Positions 20,542-28,342 of a stretch of DNA of 64,000 bases are shown here, in pieces. Position 1 is the first letter of the stretch, and each line of letters starts with the position of its first letter. The notes beneath the pieces are model-generated. The model was not told the DNA's origin, ran no database searches, and saw only the letters and a program-made list of their open reading frames with translations. Position numbers and translations under genes: made by a program. Origin of the DNA: Candidatus Nomurabacteria bacterium GW2011_GWC2_42_20 (GTDB lineage Bacteria > Patescibacteriota > Minisyncoccia > Phycocordibacterales > UBA1550); the NCBI GenBank assembly GCA_000998425.1, contig LCDG01000002.1:35178-99177 (forward strand), written 5' to 3'.

Positions 20542-20973
20542 CTATAGCACAATATTATCTAAAAATCTAACTCGAGCTCGCCTGTTGTAAATATCGAGCT
20601 TCACTGTTATAGCGTCAAAAACCCAGTCTGGCTCATCCCCTCTATATTTTTCAATCAAATACATCTGTATTGTGCGAGCTAAACGCTTTAGTTTATATGG
20701 ATGAATATTGTCCTCTGGTCTATAGCTATCTGTTTCTGAATTAGCAAATTCATGTCTTTGAAGCATAGAAACATTTTTACCAATGTTTTCACGTGTAACT
20801 GTTTTTACTTCAATAAAATGCAGTATTTTGCCCTTTTGGGCAATAATGTCGATTTCACCGCACTTTTTTCGGTAATTTTGGCAAATTACAGAAAAACCCT
20901 TATTTTCTAAGTATTTTTTTGCAACATCTTCCCCAATTTTACCAATTTTCTGCTTTTCTGTAGGCTCCGCCAT
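20542..20973 (-). CDS. yraN: YraN/UPF0102 family endonuclease-fold protein with in-frame repeat insertion
   Basis: G-x2-GE...YL, GEIDII, FIEVK; extra segment MLQRHEFANS derived from a repeat module. Confidence 0.88.
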   Translation of the reverse strand: MAEPTEKQKIGKIGEDVAKKYLENKGFSVICQNYRKKCGEIDIIAQKGKILHFIEVKTVTRENIGKNVSMLQRHEFANSETDSYRPEDNIHPYKLKRLARTIQMYLIEKYRGDEPDWVFDAITVKLDIYNRRARVRFLDNIVL

Positions 20974-21147
20974 TAAAACCATTGTACCACCTGGCGGTGT
21001 TTCTCGTGAAACGCCCCAATTTGCGCTATTTTTTATGCCGAGAATGAGTCATTCCCTGTGAAACCTATGCGTAACAAGGGTTTTCTGAAGTTATGGCTGC
21101 TGTCTTTTAGAGTTTGTGGCTGTTCGCACAAACTATATTTGTGTCCT

Positions 21148-21177
21148 TTATCAACACTATCCCCATAGTTATCCACA
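21148..21177 (+). promoter_or_regulatory. One perfect and two degenerate DnaA boxes in tandem
   Basis: ttatcaaca-ctatcccca-tag-ttatccaca. Confidence 0.5.
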
Positions 21178-21363
21178 GTTTTGAGCATTTTACGCCATAT
21201 TTTTCTATTTTTGGCGTTGACAGAGTGTGTAAAAATAGTGGTTTATGTCAAAAAATGTCCTTTACAAACATAAATGTCATTTAAGTTGTCTTTAGTATAA
21301 GAAAAAGCCGAGCATTACTCGGCTTTAATGAATGTGATCATTCAGGAACTGGAAATATTTGCC

Positions 21364-21705
21364 TCACGGGCATGTTACCGCCCGCCCAAAAAAATATTTT
21401 ATTAAAAAGCTTTTCCTTATTGAGGCCTTTTTGTCTACAAGAAACAAAATGTTATTCTTTTGGCGGTGCCCGTAAACTGTGATCCACTCACCACATCGAG
21501 GGCACATGAGTGCGTGCGTTGTACTCATTCCTCCGAACTGCATAAGACACCAGCCCTTCAACTGACTTCCTTCATTGCAGTGGGAACAATTTACAACTTG
21601 CCTTCTTGTAAGCAAAACTTGCTGTTCTTGAATCGAGTTTCGTAGGACATCAAATTGCTGTGTTGCATTCGCAAGTTTACGATTCAATGCCTGAAGTTTG
21701 TTCAT
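21364..21705 (-). CDS. Hypothetical protein with coiled coil and CxxC...CxxC zinc ribbon, stand-alone cassette
   Basis: CSHC and CPRC; GGAGG SD; terminator aaagccgag-catta-ctcggcttt at about 21304-21326. Confidence 0.7.
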   Translation of the reverse strand: MNKLQALNRKLANATQQFDVLRNSIQEQQVLLTRRQVVNCSHCNEGSQLKGWCLMQFGGMSTTHALMCPRCGEWITVYGHRQKNNILFLVDKKASIRKSFLIKYFFGRAVTCP

Positions 21706-21810
21706 TTTTCACTTCCTCCGAAGAATTAAAAGGATCGTACCTACTTTTAACATTAGCACAATAAAAATTAAACACAATAACACCAAAACCTTTATTTTGG
21801 TGTTATTTTT

Positions 21811-21884
21811 TGGTGCGGGTAGGGAGAATCGAACTCCCGTCTCGTCCTTGGCAAGGACGCATTCTACCACTAAACCATACCCGC
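21811..21884 (-). tRNA. tRNA-Gly(GCC)
   Basis: GCGGGTA/TACCCGC acceptor stem, CGTCC-TT-GCC-AA-GGACG anticodon arm, encoded CCA. Confidence 0.96.
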
Positions 21885-21926
21885 AAATATAAACATTAGT
21901 ATACAGATTTTTAATTTTTTGGGAAG

Positions 21927-22108
21927 TGGTGCACAGGCCAGGATTCGGCCCCGAGTTACTAATTCACTTTGTTCATAAGTACTCGCGGACTAGGATCGCT
22001 GTCGCCATGCGACATACTCCGCCTTTCGAATCCTGACACAAGCCAAATAGTTGGCTTACCTGGCCCTGGTGCATACTGCAAGAATTCGCCGTGAGGCGAA
22101 TTCGCATG
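21927..22108 (-). mobile_element. About 180-bp structured mini-island downstream of tRNA-Arg, ending in a duplicate of the tRNA 3' end
   Basis: CGAATCCTGGCCTGTGCACCA at 21927-21947 repeats the tRNA 3' end; antisense copy at 22025-22073; internal hairpins. Confidence 0.65.
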
Positions 22109-22180
22109 TGCCCAGGCCAGGATTCGAACCTGGAATAACGGTTTCGAAGACCGTCGTGATATCCATTTCACTACCAGGGC
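22109..22180 (-). tRNA. tRNA-Arg(TCG)
   Basis: ACGGT-CT-TCG-AA-ACCGT anticodon arm, CCAGG-TTCGAAT-CCTGG T-arm; U5:U68 acceptor mismatch. Confidence 0.9.
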
Positions 22181-22299
22181 GTTGCTTGCCTGCATAACTT
22201 TCTAAAAGTTTGGCAGGTTTCTCATGAAACTTCTTTTCTACCAATTGAGCATACCGCGAATTAGTAAAAAAGCCAAAAATACAATAGACTATAACGTAT

Positions 22300-23790
22300 A
22301 TGACAACTGCAGAAACAAAAGAGAAGTTTTCATACAGCATTCCCAAAGAGGTTTCACATGTAACAGAAACCTTGAGGAATGCTGGTTTTGAGGCGTATCT
22401 TGTTGGTGGATGCGTGCGTGACATTTTACAGAATATAGATCCAAAGGACTGGGACGTAACCACAAATGCGAAACCAGACCAAATTCAAGCTCTTTTTGAT
22501 GAAACATTTTATGAGAATGACTATGGCACTGTTGGTGTAGTGAATCAAACAGAAGATGAAACACTAAAAGTGGTAGAAGTAACCCCATACCGCACAGAGG
22601 GCGCATACACAGATAAACGCCGCCCAGACAGCGTTTCGTTTCACGCGAAACTAGAGGATGACTTGAAACGTAGGGATTTTACAATCAATGCCATTGCCTA
22701 TGATGAATCTAAAGGACATTTAACTGACATTCATTGTGGCCTAAAGGACATAAAGGACAAAGTAATTCGTACTGTAGGCAACCCCGTAGAGAGGTTTAAT
22801 GAGGATGCGTTGCGTGTTCTTCGCGCAGTACGCCTTGCCACAGACCTTGGTTTCACAATCGAAATAGAAACCCAAAATGCAGTAATAGAGAAGGCTTCTG
22901 AACTGAAGCATATTTCTATGGAACGTATTCGTGACGAATTTACAAAAATGATAATGACAAAGAACCCGATGATTGGTGTTGTAATGTGCCAAAAGCTTGG
23001 TCTTCTCAAATATATTGCGCCAGACATAGAACGTGGGATAGGGGTTGAGCAGAACGGTGATCATATTTACACTGTATGGGAACACAACTTGCGCGCTCTG
23101 CAACACTCTGCAGATCGTGGTTGGCCACTCCATGTGCGCCTTGCAGCACTGTTTCATGATGTTTCAAAGCCAGAAACAAGACGTTGGTCTGAAGAAAAAA
23201 GCGACTGGACCTTTTACGGCCATGATGTCGTCGGGGGCCGTGTTTCACGTAAAACGCTTGAACACCTTAAATTCCCTAAAAAAATAGTGGATGTTGTTTC
23301 ATCCCTTGTGCGTTACCATCTTTTTTTCTCGGATATTGAGAAAATTACACTCTCTGCTGTGCGTCGGATAGTCAAAAATGTTGGGCCTGATAATGTCTGG
23401 GACCTGATGAAGGTCCGTGCTTGTGACCGTATTGGAATGGGGCGTCCAAAGGAAGCACCGTATCGTTTGCGTAAATATGAATCAATGATTGAAGAAGCTA
23501 TGCGCGCCCCCGTGTCTGTAGGGATGCTCAAGATTGACGGACAAAGGATTATGGAGGTTACTCGTGAAACACCTGGGCCAAAGCTAGGTTTTATCCTCCA
23601 TGCGCTTCTTGAGGAGGTGCTTGACGACCCAGAACGCAACACGGAAGAGTTTCTCGTGAAACGCACACTCGAACTTGCAAAACTACCTATTGATGAATTA
23701 AAAAAACTCGGGGAGGAGGGGAAAGAGAAAAAAGAGGAAGCCGAGGAGAAGGAACTAGCGGTGATTCGAAAAAAACACGGAGTTAAGTAG
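22300..23790 (+). CDS. cca: tRNA nucleotidyltransferase (CCA-adding / poly(A) polymerase family) with HD domain
   Basis: VGGCVRD, KDWDVTT, DLKRRDFTINA, EDALRVLRAVR, LFHDVSK. Confidence 0.9.
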   Translation: MTTAETKEKFSYSIPKEVSHVTETLRNAGFEAYLVGGCVRDILQNIDPKDWDVTTNAKPDQIQALFDETFYENDYGTVGVVNQTEDETLKVVEVTPYRTEGAYTDKRRPDSVSFHAKLEDDLKRRDFTINAIAYDESKGHLTDIHCGLKDIKDKVIRTVGNPVERFNEDALRVLRAVRLATDLGFTIEIETQNAVIEKASELKHISMERIRDEFTKMIMTKNPMIGVVMCQKLGLLKYIAPDIERGIGVEQNGDHIYTVWEHNLRALQHSADRGWPLHVRLAALFHDVSKPETRRWSEEKSDWTFYGHDVVGGRVSRKTLEHLKFPKKIVDVVSSLVRYHLFFSDIEKITLSAVRRIVKNVGPDNVWDLMKVRACDRIGMGRPKEAPYRLRKYESMIEEAMRAPVSVGMLKIDGQRIMEVTRETPGPKLGFILHALLEEVLDDPERNTEEFLVKRTLELAKLPIDELKKLGEEGKEKKEEAEEKELAVIRKKHGVK

Positions 23791-23795
23791 AACAA

Positions 23796-24569
23796 TTATT
23801 TTTCTTCTATTCCCAGCACAATAGGGCAATGGTCGGAGCCGTAGAAGTCGCTCATCATTGTGACTTGTTTCACACGTGGAAGTAAGTCGGTAGTGATAAA
23901 AAAATAGTCAATGCGCCAGCCGACATTGCGATCGCGAGCGGAAGTTTTCATATCCCAGTAGGTGTATACATCCTTTGTGTTTGGGTGTAGGTGTCTATAA
24001 ATATCAATATAGCCATGATAGATGAGCTCATCTACCCACGCGCGCTCTTCGGGAAGAAAACCTGTGTTCTTTTCGTTTTCTTTTGGGCGCGCAAGGTCTA
24101 TAGCCTCGTGAGCAGTATTCACGTCTCCACAAATAATAATCTTATGCCCCTTTTTGCGGAGTTTCTCTGTGAAACCAAGAAATGCGTCATAAAAATCCAG
24201 TTTATATTTCAATCTGGCAGGCCCGCCACCGCCGTTTGGGAAGTAGCAATTCAAAAGGACAAAGTCGTGGTAATAAAGGACAAGGAGACGACCCTCCTGA
24301 TCCATGTCCTTTAGATTCATTCCTTCCTCCACCTTTTCGGGCTTTATTTTACTGTAAACTGCAACACCGCTATACCCCTTGCGCATTTTTGAGTGTGAAA
24401 AGTACGCGTAATAGCCCTTTGGTGCTCGAACCTCATCGGGAAGTTGTTCCGCCTCTACTTTTGTTTCTTGCAAACACAGGATATCAAAATCTTTTTTAAG
24501 GATTTCATCAAAATTTCCTTTTTTATGAATTGCGCGAAGCCCGTTTACGTTCCATGAGGCTAGTTTCAT
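23796..24569 (-). CDS. xth: Exodeoxyribonuclease III / AP endonuclease
   Basis: SWNVNGLR, LQETK, GDVNTAH, GWRIDY, SDHCP. Confidence 0.96.
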   Translation of the reverse strand: MKLASWNVNGLRAIHKKGNFDEILKKDFDILCLQETKVEAEQLPDEVRAPKGYYAYFSHSKMRKGYSGVAVYSKIKPEKVEEGMNLKDMDQEGRLLVLYYHDFVLLNCYFPNGGGGPARLKYKLDFYDAFLGFTEKLRKKGHKIIICGDVNTAHEAIDLARPKENEKNTGFLPEERAWVDELIYHGYIDIYRHLHPNTKDVYTYWDMKTSARDRNVGWRIDYFFITTDLLPRVKQVTMMSDFYGSDHCPIVLGIEEK

Positions 24570-24577
24570 ACACACAG

Positions 24578-24642
24578 TATATCTAAGTGAGTGAGTGAAG
24601 TGCAAATACGGACTTTACACTTCCGAGCGAACGCAAGATATA
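24578..24642 (+). repeat. Palindromic element family A, short copy
   Basis: TATATCT...AGATATA outer stem; gagtgagtGAAGTG...CACTTCcgagcg matches gagcgagcGAAGTG...CACTTCcgagcc at about 56003-56043. Confidence 0.65.
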
Positions 24643-24739
24643 TTGTACATAGTTATATAGCGAACCATTGTACATTTTACGAATAGATAATAGACTTACT
24701 TATAGATATAGAGAACATTCAAAAGAAAGGAGGTGTATC

Positions 24740-24964
24740 GTGAGCACTTTTTCTACATATGATGAAGACGAGCAATACAAAATAGCTCTGCAACAATTCC
24801 AAACACTGCAGACGAGTGTAGTTGACCTGCGAAGGGCAGTAATTTTGTTAAGAGGCAACACATTGATAGCGTTGCAACGCTACAGACAAACAAAAGCCCA
24901 ACTCAAGAAATGTGAGGCTGAACTTACTCACATGCACAGAGTTCTTCATGGTGACGAGGAATAG
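24740..24964 (+). CDS. Small coiled-coil hypothetical protein, stand-alone cassette (GTG start)
   Basis: AAGGAGGT SD before GTG at 24740; TTGTAC-17-TAGACT; downstream hairpin with T-run. Confidence 0.65.
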   Translation: MSTFSTYDEDEQYKIALQQFQTLQTSVVDLRRAVILLRGNTLIALQRYRQTKAQLKKCEAELTHMHRVLHGDEE

Positions 24965-25017
24965 TCTCAAAAAACGCGCCGGGCAATTATCCACCAGCGC
25001 GTTTTCTTTTTTTGCTG

Positions 25018-25992
25018 TTATTTACCCTTTCCGTGAAATTTTTTATGAACACTGCGAAGCTCGCTGTCAGTAATATGTGTATAAATCTGCGTCGTGGAAA
25101 TATTTGAATGACCAAGCATCATCTGCACCGAACGAATATCTGCACCATTGTATAGCAAATCGGTCGCAAACGAGTGGCGCAAAATGTGCGGAGTAACCTT
25201 GTCCATAATGCCGGCCTTTGCTGCGTAAAATTTCACCATTCGCTCTATTGAGCGTGGTGTGAGGCGCATTGATTCTCCGTCAGAAAAGGACCGCCCTTTT
25301 TGAATCCCCAAGGGCGATCCTTTTTCGAGTCCGCCAATGCGCACAAAGAGAGCGTCGTCCATATCTGTTCGTTTTTTCAAATATGCAGATACAGCTTTTT
25401 TTGCATCCTCTGAAAGAAACACCACCCTAACTTTTTCACCCTTTCCACGCACTGATATTTCATCACGGGTAAGGTCGATATCACGAGAGAGCGCACACAA
25501 CTCTGAGAGGCGAAGCCCAGTAGAAAAAAATAATTCAAGAATCGCTTTGTCGCGAAGTTCTTTTACAGAATCTCCATTAGGTGCATCGAGTAGCCTACGC
25601 AAATCCTGTGGAGTTAATAAATCAATCGTACGTTCTGCAATCTTTGCCAGTTCTATCTTTTCTGGCGCATATGACTCGACCCCACGCTTTCGCAAATATT
25701 TTAGAAAACTCCTGATTGCAATGAGGTAATAATTTTGTGTTTTCTTTTTAAGAGTTTCTTGACGCCCTTCACGCACCCCAGCATTTTGTCGATTTAGCCA
25801 CAACCGAAAAGAGCGTATCATTTCATCATCAATGTCAGCCGGCTCCTTTGCCCCACTTGCTGCCAAAAAACGAGTGATGTATCTCTCATAGTTTTCAATA
25901 GTTTTCAGGCTTCTCCCGCGCTCGATTTCCAAATATTCTAAGTACTGCCTCGCAAGGACACCTAGCGTTGTCTGTTGGATATTGTGCGACAT
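25018..25992 (-). CDS. Tyrosine recombinase, XerC/XerD family
   Basis: SAM-like N-domain, TGLRLSEL, VRGKGEK, HILRHSFAT, LGHSNISTTQIY. Confidence 0.93.
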   Translation of the reverse strand: MSHNIQQTTLGVLARQYLEYLEIERGRSLKTIENYERYITRFLAASGAKEPADIDDEMIRSFRLWLNRQNAGVREGRQETLKKKTQNYYLIAIRSFLKYLRKRGVESYAPEKIELAKIAERTIDLLTPQDLRRLLDAPNGDSVKELRDKAILELFFSTGLRLSELCALSRDIDLTRDEISVRGKGEKVRVVFLSEDAKKAVSAYLKKRTDMDDALFVRIGGLEKGSPLGIQKGRSFSDGESMRLTPRSIERMVKFYAAKAGIMDKVTPHILRHSFATDLLYNGADIRSVQMMLGHSNISTTQIYTHITDSELRSVHKKFHGKGK

Positions 25993-26088
25993 ACAAACAG
26001 TATAACGCGTGAGCAAAAAGATGCGAAACAGCAGTCACAACAAAACACGACATTCCCATAGGCATTACGTACCGTACCGCAGTACCTA

Positions 26089-26117
26089 TTGACACCCGTA
26101 CTCAAGTGTGCTAGCAT
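26089..26117 (+). promoter_or_regulatory. Sigma70-type promoter of the Cys-rich sORF
   Basis: TTGACA-17 bp-TAGCAT with extended -10 TG. Confidence 0.7.
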
Positions 26118-26158
26118 GCAATTACTAGCGATTGGCTAGGATTTTTGAGGGGTACAAA

Positions 26159-26275
26159 ATGAAATATCGTTTAATGATGTCAAGAGGCTGTTCACACAGC
26201 GGCCCTTGTGGTACAAAATACCACTCAAACAGTGGGCACGGATGGTGTGCTCGTTGCAGGAAGTGCAACCCATGA
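26159..26275 (+). CDS. 38-aa Cys/His-rich microprotein (below ORF-track cutoff)
   Basis: MKYRLMMSRGCSHSGPCGTKYHSNSGHGWCARCRKCNP; GAGGGG SD 6 nt upstream; own promoter and terminator. Confidence 0.65.
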   Translation: MKYRLMMSRGCSHSGPCGTKYHSNSGHGWCARCRKCNP

Positions 26276-26283
26276 GGCAATGT

Positions 26284-26318
26284 GGGGAGATGGTTAATTC
26301 CGTCTCCCCCCTTTTTTT
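26284..26318 (+). terminator. Intrinsic terminator
   Basis: GC-rich hairpin ggggagatgg...ccgtctcccc followed by a T-run. Confidence 0.8.
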
Positions 26319-26505
26319 ATTTCGACTAGCGAGGCGCGTGTGGACGAGTACTCTCGCAGACAGCGTCCGAGCGACGACGAAATATAGGTCAATACCGCGT
26401 GGTCTCAGCGTCCAAGACGTGAATTTGCTAATTCAGCCACGCTTTTGTACGAGCTAAGCGAGTTCCAAGTATTGCACTGCGGTCTCTGCAGTAGGGGCCT
26501 ATATT
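26318..26505 (+). repeat. Composite palindromic element (family A + family B) with nested AGCA-hairpin module
   Basis: B part AATATAGG...CCTATATT homologous to 56052-56147; insert 26409-26434 is the reverse complement of the 7057-7082 module. Confidence 0.85.
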
Positions 26506-26578
26506 ACCGAGGTAATTCGCAATTCAAATTCTATGAGCAAACCCAGTAGTTTACCTCATTGATCCTCAAAACCTACTA

Positions 26579-27880
26579 CTAATCCTGAAAGAAAACTCTC
26601 TGTTCGAGTCTATTAAGCCCATTGTCTTGAGGAAAATGTTTTTCAAAAAGTCTTATGGCCGGGTCGCCAGAATATTCATTGTGGCGTGCTGCATAATGCA
26701 TGGCGAGAATCATTTCTTCAGGCTCCCCAACACAATCAAGAGGCTTAAATCCTTCAATGCCAAGAATGCGCTCAAAGAGAGGCAGGAGGCTCTTTTTGGC
26801 ATAAAGATTAGCACCAAAGATACTCATTACTTCTTTTTTGGGTAAAAATGCTGAAAAAGACGCAAAGAGGAACACGCATTTCGGACATCGATTGCACCAG
26901 TAGTTTTTACGCAAGAGGAGCTGTTGAATACGCGGAAGCCAAAAATAAGTATTACAGCTCGTAAAGGCGTGTAGATATTGTGGGTAGCGGATAAAACGCT
27001 TCACAATCTCCAACTCACTGTATTCACGCAAGAGCGAGCGTGTCGAAATGTCCGGTGTTATAAAGGCTTGTATATAGTCATTAATCATTTTTTCAGCCTC
27101 TGATGATTTGCACCACTGATGATTCACTGGCAATCCAAGGTAGTCGAGATTACCAAAATCAGCACTGCGCTCATTGGAAAAAATTATTGAGTCATAGCCG
27201 AGAAGCTCCGCCATCAGTGTTGCAGTAAAAGTGAAAGTGGATACCGACGGGTATGCGCCTGGGAAAAAATAGTCGATCCATGGATCACGGCGACGAATAA
27301 CGCTGATGGTTTCTGCGCCTACTAGTTTTGCAATATTCTTGTGCGCGGGCGTTGGAGCAAAAGCGAAGAAGTCGAACTGCGTTCCCGACGATTTTAATAT
27401 TTCAGCGGATAGAACAGAATCTTTCCCCGCTCCGTTCAAAAGAAGTGCTCTTGCTGGACGCTCGAACCGTGCAGGAGTATGGGCAACAGCAGAATCACTA
27501 TACGGAAATGCAATGAGGTTGCGGAAATCAATCTTCATGAGATAGAAATATTCTGCTAGCCCATTTAAATAAAGCGAGTTCCAAAAGCGCGCCTGTTCTC
27601 GCGTAAGAGTAAAGCCCTCAATGCGCATGTTGCTCGTTGGAAAAGCAGACCAGTAATTAATACCAATCATTAGAAGAAGTGCCTGTAGCGTTGGCTCCAA
27701 TACAGCGGTAGGTACTTTCTCCCATAACTCTGGTTTTATGTTTTTTAGATAAAGTCTATCTATAAAGGTCTTACTTATGCCGAAATTAAATTCAACATGG
27801 TACGTAAATGTGACGATTGAAAGGTTGGTATCGACCTTGTATGTGCCAAAAGTAAACGATGAGACTTGTAACATTTTCAT
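26579..27880 (-). CDS. MurL-like UDP-MurNAc-L-Ala-L-Glu epimerase
   Basis: GAGKDS PP-loop, SNERSA, VNHQWCKS, FTSCN, WCNRCPKC, KPLDCVG. Confidence 0.8.
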   Translation of the reverse strand: MKMLQVSSFTFGTYKVDTNLSIVTFTYHVEFNFGISKTFIDRLYLKNIKPELWEKVPTAVLEPTLQALLLMIGINYWSAFPTSNMRIEGFTLTREQARFWNSLYLNGLAEYFYLMKIDFRNLIAFPYSDSAVAHTPARFERPARALLLNGAGKDSVLSAEILKSSGTQFDFFAFAPTPAHKNIAKLVGAETISVIRRRDPWIDYFFPGAYPSVSTFTFTATLMAELLGYDSIIFSNERSADFGNLDYLGLPVNHQWCKSSEAEKMINDYIQAFITPDISTRSLLREYSELEIVKRFIRYPQYLHAFTSCNTYFWLPRIQQLLLRKNYWCNRCPKCVFLFASFSAFLPKKEVMSIFGANLYAKKSLLPLFERILGIEGFKPLDCVGEPEEMILAMHYAARHNEYSGDPAIRLFEKHFPQDNGLNRLEQRVFFQD

Positions 27881-28039
27881 GGTGTCTACATAATGGTTAT
27901 CTTATATCAGTTTAGTAAGCCTTCCGTTTAGGTTGCTTTTTTGATTCGATTGCTAGCTGCTTATGATACCATAAAAGGTCCCTACCGCCGAAAGTCACAA
28001 TTATTAGACTTTCAACCATCTTTGCGTTAAACTTGTGCC

Positions 28040-28294
28040 ATGAGCTCATCAGATGATTATATTGTTATTACTGAATCACACGATATGAATGATGATTCAA
28101 GTGATTCAGATATCAAAACCCCTGTAGAAGGGGAGGAGGTTTCGCGTCGAACACTCGAGGATCAGGGGATTTCTATTCTCGGCGAAGACGGTGGCCCAGA
28201 AAAAGTTGGGGATATTGACCAATTCTCTCGCGAGCTTATGGATGAAGGTGGGATAGAAATTGTTTCAGGAGATGAAAAGGATTTATTCTTATAA
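28040..28294 (+). CDS. Small, highly acidic hypothetical protein
   Basis: D/E-rich ORF with TAAACT 6 nt before ATG, upstream of the symporter. Confidence 0.65.
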   Translation: MSSSDDYIVITESHDMNDDSSDSDIKTPVEGEEVSRRTLEDQGISILGEDGGPEKVGDIDQFSRELMDEGGIEIVSGDEKDLFL

Positions 28295-28342
28295 ATTAGC
28301 TTACGCGCGCAGGTCAACAATGACTTGCGCGTTTCATTTTAT

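Larger units (their letters stand above)
20785..23663. promoter_or_regulatory. Cluster of about 8 parS-like palindromes
   Basis: 16-mers near TGTTNCACGTGAAACA at 20785, 20998, 22216, 22350, 22637, 23241, 23556, 23648. Confidence 0.75.

Noticed and set aside
21927-22130. tRNA intron in the T-loop using the distal 3' end
   Set aside because: The proximal 3' end already completes the cloverleaf, and the distal copy would add a second acceptor-stem mismatch.
23866-24178. Additional parS-like sites in xth (about 23866 and 24161)
   Set aside because: Half-site spacing is off or there are too many mismatches; not counted.
26120-26318. 6S RNA, SRP RNA or riboswitch in the ~195-nt transcription unit
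   Set aside because: No recognisable conserved motifs or long closing stem. An SD-led 38-codon ORF fills the unit. The track ORF 26206-26457 runs through the terminator and is likely spurious.
25018-26505. Integron (tyrosine recombinase plus attC-like hairpins)
   Set aside because: The recombinase looks like a housekeeping Xer. Its extra loop is a short DNA hairpin insert rather than the IntI-specific insertion. The hairpins lack RYYYAAC/GTTRRRY ends and there is no cassette array.
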